Shown: piece by piece, positions 27,901 through 55,255 of the stretch
Numbering within the stretch: position 1 is the stretch's first letter
Layout of the letters: each line of letters starts with the position of its first letter
Assembly (NCBI GenBank): GCA_964247055.1
Contig: OZ176050.1
Span: forward strand, 2,852,001 to 2,916,000
Origin: Paragordius varius
Lineage: Eukaryota; Animalia; Nematomorpha
DNA length: 64,000 bases
Reading direction: 5' to 3'
The notes under the pieces: generated by a model
What the model saw: the letters and a program-made list of their open reading frames with translations, nothing else
What the model was told of the DNA's origin: nothing
Database searches by the model: none
Translations under genes and position numbers: made by a program

Positions 27901-30900
27901 TCTGTAAAAATTTAGAATTCTCAAAAATATAAACAACAAAAAAATTTCACAGATTCAGACGTATTCATGCTTAAATTTAAATAAATTAGCAGAGGTTTAG
28001 ATATTCAAGTGGTTAGCGAATTTTAGTTTTTGCATACTTTTACTTATATGGCACTTGTTTTTTATTAATAAATAATAATTAACAACCAAATAATGAAGCA
28101 TTCTTTGGAGGCCTAATTCACTCAATCTAAAATATCAAGTCTGTAAAACAAACATATAGAATCTGGAAAATTGACACGATTTTTTTATATAAACAAATTT
28201 TCGAGTATTTTTTATACGAAAAAAATGTAAGATATTAAATTACTTCAATTAATTTGCCTGTTTTATCGTGCAAAGTTACATCGACCTGAATGCTTCTCTC
28301 ATCTATTTGTAGGATTGTTTTAGCGGATGATTTGTGGCTTGAATCGCTTAGCGATAAAACATTGCGAAAAAGTTCAGCAGCCACCAAAGTTATGTACAAA
28401 TCATTTCGAAACTCGTCTTAAATAAATCACGGGAATTAATATTGAGCGTGATTAAAAATAAATGAATAATAAACTTACTTGGTTGAATAATTTCAGTTGA
28501 ATCCATACGGCCTATTTTAACGCTGTTTCTTGAGATTTTAGTATCCTGTGATAGAGAGAGATATACATTTTATATGTTAAAAATAGAACTTTTGTGTATA
28601 TGGCAACTCGTAACACTAGTTTAGTACAAAAAATATTTGATAAGTATAAGAGTTTAAATAACGAAAATTAATTTGACCCAAAATCATATTTGAAAATATA
28701 TCATCTTATAAATATTTAACGCAAGGAATTACTAATTACTAAAATGACCGTTTATACCTAAATTAAAATATGTATAGATTTATATAATAATTCAAAGTAC
28801 TCTTTTTATATATGATAGATTCAAACTAAAATTGGATAATAACTCCAATTTTATCAATATACTTTTAGAAATTGATAAAAACTAAGTAATAAATGAAGGT
28901 AGACCTCATCATTCAATTTATCAAAGCGCTTAAGAGAAACCCATATTCCCAAACCATTATTATTTATGATTTCAGGATTTTGAATGATTTTTTTAATAGC
29001 TTGCGTTGTACTTTCATGCTCCACACAACTAATTTATAAGCATTATAAAAAACTTATTATATTATATCATATAATTTAAACAAATTTGTCAAAGGATAGA
29101 ATTAAAATCTTTTAATAAATGAAAAATTAGCAATATAATAAACGACAAATCGCATACCTAAAAATAATATTTGAAAACGAAAAATATAAACTAGGTTCCA
29201 TAAAATTTAACCCTATTCTTATCATTAAAAAAATGTTAATCGTTAGTAAATTTATATAAACATAAAAAATTACAAGTATGTTAAACATCACATAAATGTT
29301 GGGAACTGTAAAAAATTAATTACAGGGAAAAGGGGATAAAATGTTGAATCGATGGATCCGTATTACAATCACCGCGCAAATATTCAGTAATATCCAATGC
29401 TATTTGTATATAAAAAAAATATAATTATTTATCAATAAAATATATGGAAGACAAATATTTTTTATATAGTTAAACCATATTTCTAACATAATTTTTTTAA
29501 TGTAAAGTAACGTTTTAGGCTGGGTATTAAGGAATTGTAAATTGTTAAGACATTCAAATTTTGTTTAACAATTTGATATTAATGGTTTTCTTTAAAAAAA
29601 TAGTCTTTTATTTTTCATGTTTTTTTACAATTAAAATTCTTATTCGGCATATATAAACGAAAAAATATCCTATAATTAAAATAACCTGCAATCGCATAAG
29701 GACGTCTAATATTATGAGTCAATTTTTCAATATCTTTCATTAGTGATGTATTAATATCCATAGTTCCTATGCACAAAAATATAATTTAATTTTTTATTTT
29801 CAATTAAATTGTATGAAAATCATATTAATAATCGATTGTGACTAAAAATGTTGCGAATTCATGTAGAAAATTTACAACAATTTTTATATTTCAAATCAGC
29901 TTAGGCCATCCATATCATAAAAAATCTAGCTACAACCGCTATATATACTTAATGTTCATGATATAAAATGGACAAACAATTTAAATATATAAATATATAT
30001 ATATGTAGCGAATCTCCTAACTACGATTGCCATGGATTAATAGGTAAAAAAGGAGCTTCTATTAAAAAAATAATTAAAAAAAGGGGCGATAAAAAATGAA
30101 CGTGGTAATTTATTTTAAATAAAGGGTTGAGCCATATAATAGACAGTTCCAGCCCATCAGCTTTATTTAGTAACGCATTTATTACGTTTTTGGATGGTTT
30201 CTCTGATTTTTCTATCATGTTGATTTTCAATTTATCTAATTTCCTAGACTTGTGAAGAAATCTAATTAGAAAATCTAAAGGAGCCATAGCCTAAGGGTAA
30301 AAGACCATGAGCAATACATCAGCAAAGGCAAATGGGCCAGTCAGAACTTATTGGCACAAATAATCATACAATAATTAAAGTTGAGAAGGTCATAACTAAT
30401 ATTAAAATCAACATAAAACGAAAATCAGGAAAACCATTGAAATCCAAAAACATAAGGCATAATTAAATAAATATGATGGGCTGGACCTGTCTACTATATG
30501 GCTCACTTTTTATAATAATTTATTTATTTTTTTATAAATAAAAGCTCCTTTCTTTTTACATAAATCCAGGCATTCATAGTTATGTGATTCGCTAACAATT
30601 ATACATAAACATTTTAATTGCTAATGTCCACTTTTTTATAACATCACTTGCTATACATATATATATATATATATATATAGCGGTTGTAACTAAATTTTTT
30701 ATGATAATGGATGACCTAAGCAGATCCAAAATATGATTTTTCTTAATTTTTTGTAATTATCGAGGATTCACATTTTTAGCCACAATAAATTATTTATATT
30801 ATTATTTAAATATGCGCAATCTCTCCACTTTTTGATTCATCAAGTCAATGATGGACTCTATAAATCAATTTTATAACTTGAATTTTACCTACCGATATGA

Positions 30901-32344
30901 ACGGCCCGACAAATTAGATAAAATTTGTGAGAGTTAGGAACATCCTTCAAACCAACATTCTGTAATATAGTTAAAAAATAAATGATGTTGCATCTAAATT
31001 ATAAATTTAATAATCATCATGAAATTTACCGTAAAAATAGCTTGATTATTTCCACAATATGGAGTCTTTTGGTTATTGAATGCAATAGAGTTTACAGAAT
31101 CATGCGTGTGATCCATTTTCTCAGTATTATATAGGCAATTATTCATGAATCGTAACATCATTTCATCCGTGCGTTCAGAATTAAATTGTTGAGCATTACC
31201 CGTTAAATGTTTAATGTGTTGATGTTGATTATTTTTTAAACTAGGGTAGTTTCTGGGAGTTAATTGTTCTTGATTTTTCCATACCATGTAAAAGGTTTGA
31301 CTAAAAAAATAAATATATCATATATATTAACAAGTTATATATACAAAAATATAATTTTTTTCATGCAACATAGCCCGAGTTATTTTACCCAAAAATCTTA
31401 GTTATTCAGATTTCTTCCAAAATGACTAAAAACTATGATCCAAATAGATATGTGACGACTAATTAATGAACCTGATCAATAATTATGGAAAAAAATCATC
31501 AAGATGTAATGATATATTTTGATATTCATTTTTTTATTTTGATTATTACCATAAGTTATGCTTTTCAGGATTATATGCCTTAAATTTGTCGGAAATGTAT
31601 CAGGATATTGCATGCGAAAATAATTTTTATAAATTAGTAAAAAACCAATAAATATTTACTGCGCGTGTCAAATTGGTTATTGATATTATTCGGACTCGAA
31701 GGTTTTAGGTGTTTAATCAAATAAATTATTCAAAGAAAATATATATTATTTTAATAAAACCTTATATAATCCTGTTTTTTGGAATCATAAATAGAAAGGA
31801 ATAATTCGATTGATCCCGTGTTACCTTGTTTCGTAAGATTTCGGGCAGTAGATAAAGATTCAGATATTAAATTATTAATTTCGACATATAAATGACATAC
31901 ATTCCGTGATGATTCGTATGAATAACAAATATTATGAGTAAAATTTACTTTAATTCAAACAACTTTTCTTGGTCCACATGCTAAAATAAAAATTATAAAA
32001 TTACGCAAAAAAAATTATCCAAAAAACGACAATTAGGAGTGTTAGTGACTAGTGGCAAACAAAGAGCACTAATATTATATTTTTAAAAAATACTTATTGC
32101 ATATATTAATTTGATGGAGCATATTTTGATAAAGCTGAGATTCCTCAACCTATACTTTTACGATAATGTCGTTACATTCTTTGTAGATTCTGTGTCCATA
32201 ATATGTTTTTTCTTTATCAATGCCATTAATTCTCGTTTCAAGAATATAAATTTTGGATCATTTATCTAAATTATAAATTTTGAAAACTTTATACAGCACA
32301 CCCAATTTTTCAAACCAAACATTACCAGTTTTTACAATTTCCAT
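12973..32344 (-). CDS. Dedicator of cytokinesis, DOCK-A/B (DOCK180/CED-5/mbc-like) Rac GEF; 5' end unresolved
   Basis: N-terminal helical exons at ~32090-32344; IELFLSIYDS (~31780-31860); NQAIFT|NVGLKD..LICRAVHI|GTMD..IRRPYAIA|ALDITEYL..QHFIPF; GLGIWVSLK. DHR-1 exons: EFRNDLYITLV (~28232-28409), FKSCVVYHDDKPKWDESFK (26909-27016), LSLPVELFHECHLRFTF (26679-26751), AKDKSETPFALSYL (21879-21988), STKLTQN. Armadillo exon 17927-20661. DHR-2: KEFVYRG, ISPLQNAIETM, LLNGIVDPAVMGGISNYEK, IPLLEMGLVIHG. Low-complexity tail ending FADLRKRFES* at 12973. Confidence 0.9.
14900..15560 (+). mobile_element. Possible very decayed retroelement RT remnant (Penelope-like?) in a DOCK intron
   Basis: Only weak, stop-ridden similarity (TSENGIQT*KVPANS; TKELNMIK..KLNIP) to recalled RT thumb motifs; no intact ORF. 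Confidence 0.2.
22744..26501 (+). CDS. Uncharacterised ~1180-aa protein with MATH/TRAF-like beta-sandwich blocks and a C-terminal coiled coil, nested antisense in a DOCK intron
   Basis: Exons 22744-26049, 26179-26318, 26405-26501 (GT-AG; TAA at 26499-26501); AATAAA at 26615. MATH-like blocks: FYGNHKWSITF..YLACYLTWRN..CVLDMVITLIH..SYGTNRFVSLEQL; FFNYGKFEWNIVV; AWALE..LYYSDLINIPRNHLRYIAW. Tail RNELLALRKDNFMLEKEMVNYQKAI. An in-frame TAG at 22735-22737 is also a possible acceptor, so upstream exons may exist. Confidence 0.85.
26635..26660. repeat. (TA)n microsatellite; similar runs at ~30655-30678, 33205-33230, 50757-50778, 52515-52530, 53201-53228 and 61716-61731
   Basis: Directly visible dinucleotide runs. 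Confidence 0.9.
29822..30802. repeat. ~1-kb imperfect palindrome (arms ~410 bp, spacer ~160 bp) filling DOCK intron 29767-30892
   Basis: The left arm 29822-30232 aligns collinearly with the reverse complement of 30395-30802. Examples: GCTTAGGCCATCCATATCATAAAAAATCTAGCTACAACCGCTATATA vs GCTTAGGTCATCCATTATCATAAAAAATTTAGTTACAACCGCTATATA; GAGCCATATAATAGACAGTTCCAGCCCATCA vs GAGCCATATAGTAGACAGGTCCAGCCCATCA. Confidence 0.88.
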
Positions 32345-33518
32345 GCGTTATGCATATGTTTAGTGCTTAAATGAAATTTATGAAGTAAAATGTGGCTTTG
32401 TAGAAAGCCTGAAAAATTGTTGACAAACACGCACTTGTATATATATTTATATATATATTAAACCAGAGTAAGAATTATTTTATCATTGATAAAATTGAGG
32501 ATGGTATAGCCGCTTTTTTGAATTAACTATGTAGTTTTGCCCTACCATGGGAAAAATTAGAGGGGTATCTAGAGAAAATAGAGATCCTCAGAGTTTTGAT
32601 TTTTTACTACGTGTTTGATACATGGAGGCCTCATCTATTATTTCTTACATGCGCGGAGAGTCACCAGCTATTTTCAGAAATACATCAGGTCATAAGCTGC
32701 TAGCATGAAAATAGGAATTTACGAAATTGGCTTTTAATCAATTTTCAAAAAGTGTATCACTGTGTTTTTATCCGTTATAAATCAATTATTCCCTATGTCA
32801 TGTTCGTCCCCATCCTTCATATGGCGTTTTTGAACTGATAATAATTATAAATCCGGAAAACCCATAGGATTATCGAATTATAAAGAAAAACCTAATTAAC
32901 AAAAATTATGCTGAAAGTGACGGGGCTATTTAAACTTTTTCTGTAGTTAGCGCCTTTCTCAGAAAAGGAGAAAAATATGTTAAATTTTGAGCGTTTTTCC
33001 GAAAATCTGAAGACTTTTAATAAATTTTTTATATTTTCCCCGGAGTAAGGTGCATATTAAATCTCGTTTTTTTCCAAAAAACTAAAATTCCAATAAATAT
33101 TAGCTAGCGAATGATTATGAAATAATAATTATTTTTCTGATGGCCGCTTAATTTGATATTTAACTCTTTAAAACAAATTAGATTGGATAAAATAAATTAT
33201 TATACATATATATATATATATATATATATATGTTTAGTAGAAATATAAAAAATATAATGCTCTGTTTATTTCTTCTTGTCATAATATTGGTGCGTAGCTA
33301 TGTATACCTAAAATGTTTTTTGTTGTATTATTGTCAAGTGGTGAGCCGGACTCTTATACTGTGTGTGTGAAGTAACAAGTTTCACAACTATAAAAATTTC
33401 CCTGCATTTTTAGCTAGGGCAGGCGAGTGTTAGAATTGACAAGTCTGGATGCAGTTTAAGTCCTTACCATTTTATAAATGAGATAAGCACTCTAAACGAA
33501 AAATATTTGTTTAAAAAT

Positions 33519-34035
33519 GTCATTTGTATTGTGTAGATGCTGTTGATTTCTACCATTGGTTTTAAATAACTACAAACAAAACTTTAACTCATCAAACTAT
33601 ACGTATCTATCATATACTATATTTTTATCTTACAACATGATCAACCAATTAAAAAAATAATTTCTTTAATTCTTTTGTGCGGGTATACTATAATTAGGAT
33701 CATTTGAAGGTATGTAAAAATATGTAAATAAAATTAATTGCTCTATCGGAGTATAGGCACTGCAAATATTGTCATTTGTGTTGTGTGGATGCTGTTGATT
33801 TCTTCCATTGGTTTTAAATGACTAACAAACAAACCAAGTAAATCATCAAACTATACCTATCTATCATATACTATATTTTTATCTTACAACATGATCAACC
33901 AATTAATAAATATATATTATCATAAGATCTTGAAATTTTTTTTTGTTGTGCGGGTATACTATTATAAGGATCATTTGAATGTATATGAAAATATGTATAT
34001 AAAATTATTTGCCCTAATCAGAGTATAGGCACTGA
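33519..34035. repeat. Diverged tandem duplication, two units of ~252 and ~265 bp
   Basis: Units start GTCATTTGT at 33519 and 33771. Both contain ATCTATCATATACTATATTTTTATCTTACAACATGATCAACCAATTAA, TGTGCGGGTATACTAT and GAGTATAGGCACTG. Confidence 0.9.
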
Positions 34036-35563
34036 ATAAAATACGGTATAAGTAGCACAATTGAATTGATTGATGATATGGTTAACTTAACTGTAACTTT
34101 ATTTAGTAAGATATCAAATCTTAATCGTATTATTATTAACTGTTTTGTTATGGTTTAAGCTTGACAAGGTACTGATACTCCAGCCGGCTATTTTTAAAGA
34201 CCAATAAATGGTTGAATACTACTTGTTAACTATAACTTTCTTAAGAAAATTATTATTATATATATTTCGCATTTTAAATTGAACATTATAAATTGTTTTT
34301 TTTATAAAAGAAGACTCGACTTGATACGTTTATTCTTCACGCCAACAATTTTTAGGTAGAAGTAGCGAATTGAATGGTTTACAAAACTCTCTTCATCAAA
34401 ACTTTGCTAAGGGATTTATCCATGCTTTCAGTAAAAAATCTTTTCTCAAAAATTAGCATACCTCTCTATATTTGTCTTTCTCTTCGGCCCTTCTACTTTA
34501 ATCCCATTTTAAACAGGCTTTAAATTTTTGAGACACATCAGGCTAGCTAAGTCTAAAAAAATTGGTATAACACTTACCTTTTCAATTTTTTGTTCCAGTT
34601 TATGTATTGAATAGTTTTATATCCCAAAGTTAAATTTCGTAAATATAGAGTTTTGAAAGTTATTTTAGTTTAATCATATGTATATGATAAATAAATATTA
34701 TATCTTTACAATTTTGTGACACTTATTGTGTCTATTGGGACAGTCCCGAAACTAATAAGATGATATTAAAATCAAAATATATTAACATTTTTTTGGTAAA
34801 TTAACTTGTGAATTTTTTAATAATTTCTTCTAACCATAATATACATTTATTGCCCGTTGAATTGCGCAGTGTCTACCAAAAAAATATGATAAAATATACA
34901 TATTCTGATAGGAAAATGTATCAGCATGTTGCTTTTGGCCCTTGCGAGTGATATAAGAAAGTTATTTACACTTTTGTGATAAGTGCTCCGCATCTGAAAA
35001 TGGCAAAATTGGCCCACATCTTTCATAAGTATTTTATCAAAGCTAAAGGCTTCATTCCAAAAATTATTTATAAAATATATCATAAAATTCATGTAAAAAC
35101 CTATGTGGGCTACGAAAGACCTAATATTTTTTGCTCTTCTAATATGAACTAGTTCTCTTAAAATAATTAATGCCGAGATGGCTTCATAAAAATTTAATTA
35201 TATACTAAATTTTGATATAAATATTATTTTAAAATCAATGCATACATTTTCCAAAAATTTATTCGAAAATTTCGTTGAAGTTTTTTTATCCTTTGAAACA
35301 TGATGGCTAATGCCTATTTAGAGCCTAAATACAAAAATTTGGTTACAAAAAAAAAGGACAGTTCATGATTGTAAAATTTAATAAACTAAATATAAGGGTA
35401 CAGATATGAGTCAATTGTAATCTTATTATTTAATACTGAGGTCAATTTAGAGAAAACTCATTGTAACAGTGATTTTTACCCGATCATTAAATAAATAGAA
35501 TTATTTGGCGAAAGGATTTCAGCTTTCCTCGTGTTTTAATCATTACTCACGTTTATAGTTGAT

Positions 35564-52095
<16,532 letters not shown>

Positions 52096-52530
52096 ATTTT
52101 ATACATATGCATATAAATATATTAATTATCACTCTATTTCTTATCATAACACTATTTATTTACTTTTTTATATTTTTATAAAGACGCACTATCCTGTCGC
52201 ATTTTAAATCCCCTTTGTATGATGATTGATTTTGTGGAAAAAACCTTGTTTGTTTTATTATTATTTTAAAAAAATATATAATGTTTTTTTTAAACCTCAT
52301 AATCATCATTTTTAGCAAATTACATTTCATTTTTGTTTGCCTTATATTTAAGTACACAATTTTTCTTTTATATTTTTATGTACCTAACACCCAAATAATT
52401 TATAGCTAATTTATAAATACTTTTTCACATTGAATATTAATTTTAAGGGTTATCGGTTGACGTTAATAATATATTACAAAAGTATTTCATTGTTACAAAA
52501 GGGTTATTTATGCATAATATATATATATAT

Positions 52531-53196
52531 TATTGTTATTGTAGCAAAGATCGTTGTCGATTTATTGCTTTTTCAAAGGTGTATTTTCTCCAGTTTATTC
52601 GATTGTAAGTGAGTGATGTTAGCTGTTGTAAAGAGAGATTGGTTTCTTTGGTTAGGTTTTCGATCCAGCGCATCTTGCAGCGTCCACGTTTCCTGGATCC
52701 TTCGACCTTGCTTGTCATTAGTTGGAATTCCAAGTCATTAGCTCTGGTAATGTGACCAAAGTATGATAATTTCATTTTGAGACACATGCCAATCAGGTGT
52801 ATCTCGGGGTTTATATTGTCAAGGATTACAGTGTTCTTTATTTTGTCTTTCCAAGTGATTCGAAGTCTTCCGCCAGCACCAGATTTCGAAGGCGTTAATG
52901 TATTTTTCGTCTACTTTTTTATTGTCCAGCTTTCTGATGCATATAGCATGCTAGGAAATATTAGGGCTTTAACTAAACGGATTTTTGTTTTAAGTTTGAT
53001 GTCATGTGATGACCATAGTTTATTAAACTTTAAAAAAACTAAAATCATGATTATAAACGCTCATAACCACTATAACAACATATCTTTTCACAACCAACAA
53101 ATAGAAGTAGTGTCCCAATACACTTACCTAGGCAGTCTTCTAAATACAACTAACAACAGCACCCCAGACATCAAAAGAAGAATGGGAATTGCTAAG

Positions 53197-53200
<4 letters not shown>
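52531..53200 (-). mobile_element. 5'-truncated RTE-clade non-LTR retrotransposon with an inverted 5' segment
   Basis: Minus strand ~53028 to 52531: FNKLWSSHDIKLKTKIRLVKALIFPSMLYASESWTIKK..AFEIWCWR..KLSYFGHITR..KVEGSRKRGRCKMRW, then a TAA/CAA-like tail. Plus strand 53023-53200: LNFKKTKIM..IEVVSQYTYLGSLL..DIKRRMGIAKT. (TA)n on both flanks. Confidence 0.9.
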
Positions 53201-53234
<34 letters not shown>

Positions 53235-55255
53235 CCCTATGCGTTTTTCAATATAATACTTTTGGGGCCCCGGCTTAAAAAGGAATTCAGAATTACGCAG
53301 TTATCAAATTAACCGTTTTTGACAAAGGCTAATCATAAAAAACCAATTGTGCAATATTTTGAGGTAAATCCCATTTTTTTAAATTTATGATAAAAATTGC
53401 ATAAATCGATAGCTGCCACACACCTTAAAATTACAATAGGTTACCAAAATTTTTAAATAACCATGTTGATTTTGATAGGACTACTTATCTTTTTATATAT
53501 AATTTTTATCGCGCACGCCGGATTTGTTGTGTTAAATAGGATGGGATCGTATCATTGAATAGCGTTTTGGATTATAAGCATTACACATTGCAACAGAATC
53601 CCTATACTCTTTTATAATATATGTTTTCAATGAATTGTGTCAAAATTATGCAGTGTTAGATGGATAGCTAATTTCTAGTTATCTGTTTCTTAATTTGATT
53701 TAAATAAAACGTATTTTTCTTTTATATAATAAATGTTCTCATAATTTTTTTTCTAAAATGGCATATACCCTAAGAAAAATATGTAAAAAAGGTCTTTAAT
53801 TTAAGATAGAACCTATCGACTACTTGACTTTCTTTCTCTCTTATTAGGAGCCAAGTGTAGAAAATGTCTAACCGGAATCATCACTTCGGATATCTACGTA
53901 ATTTTATTATATAATACCAAATTGTTGCTAATATTAGTTATTTGATTGTAAAAATTTTAAAATAAAATATCGCATAATTATTGAGGCAATTCATCATTTA
54001 ACTTATTTTTTGCATATATTAGCCTTAATCAAGCGATCCCGATTTAAAATTTTATTAGCCTAAACACTCAAGAGTTTTCAAAAATCTAGGGTGTATGATA
54101 TCGTGCTCTGTTTCAAATTTGTGTTTTGATTGAAATTAATATAAAAAAATACAATAATATTTGAAAAGATGAAAGGTAAAGATTTTTTTATGATATTGCT
54201 TAAAAGTAAAAAATATCAGCTTCTTTTTTCAACCTAACCCTATTTAAATTAATATTTTTTAGCCAATACGATTTGGATTTTTAATTAGAGGTGAAATTAG
54301 AATCGATTTGGTAAATTAGAGAGTAAAAATATTGTTCACTTCAGTTTTTTTACTTTTTAGTCAAGAATCTTTTACGCTAAAACCCTCCCACAGCGACTGA
54401 CGTTATTAGAAATTTCGGAGCGGTTCGCCTTTGAATACTTTTTAAATTGGTGTTTTATTAAAGGCCGAATGCCCTATATGTTCGATTATTGCGTACCCCT
54501 AAATAAATAAAGCTTAAAATTTCAAAACGTTTTCAGTAAAATTGCATCAAATTCTTGAGTTTTGGGATTTTAAAAATAACAGCTTAATCCACTCTAATTA
54601 AAAGAGGGAAAAGGACAAAAAATATATATTTTCTTTCCAAATGTGCTGTTTGAAAAAATATTACAAATTATTTGGAAAGATAAAATTGAAAACAAGAATT
54701 ATTGAATCGAACCCAATACACCCTTTGCTTCCTTAAAATAAAACTCTCATACTTTGGTCACACCAGTGTTATCCATAAAACACAACTGGTGCAGTATATA
54801 TTTAAGAATTTAATTAACACTTATATTTAATTTTAATTAGAAGATATAAGTCGCATTAGTGCCAAAAATTGCGGTTAAGTATTAAAAATAGTCTCGTTAT
54901 ACGAAATAAAAAACAGCCTTCATTATACACAGACGGTATAATGATTAAAAATTCATAATTATCATTTATTATGATAATATGTATTTAGAGAGTATTGTAA
55001 GCAAAACAAAGTAAAAAATACAATGTCAATTTAATTTTCGCCTACGTTCTACATTTTTGGCTACCAAAATTAATCTTTGATTACCGATAACTTTTGACAA
55101 TTGTTAATAATTATTACCTCTTTAAACTTTTTGGCTATTGAATTGCTGTAATAATAAGTATAGAGTAATTTCAGTATTCACGATAAAAATTGATATACAT
55201 AAACAAGATTATAAGGATGATAAATTTAGTTTTAATTTTTGATTCAATTTCACAA

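Noticed and set aside
30021-30287. 88-aa minus-strand ORF as a DOCK exon
   Set aside because: It lies in the palindrome arm; the flanking DOCK exons (30893-30959 and 29686-29766) join in phase without it.
32330-32380. U12-type AT-AC acceptor upstream of the DOCK MEIVK exon
   Set aside because: No CCTTAAC-like branch site or matching ATATCC donor was identified.
32540-33150. GC-richer TE-like intergenic tracts (also ~53230-54500 and 62200-62730)
   Set aside because: No termini, TSDs, coding motifs or second copies could be established by eye, so they were left unannotated.
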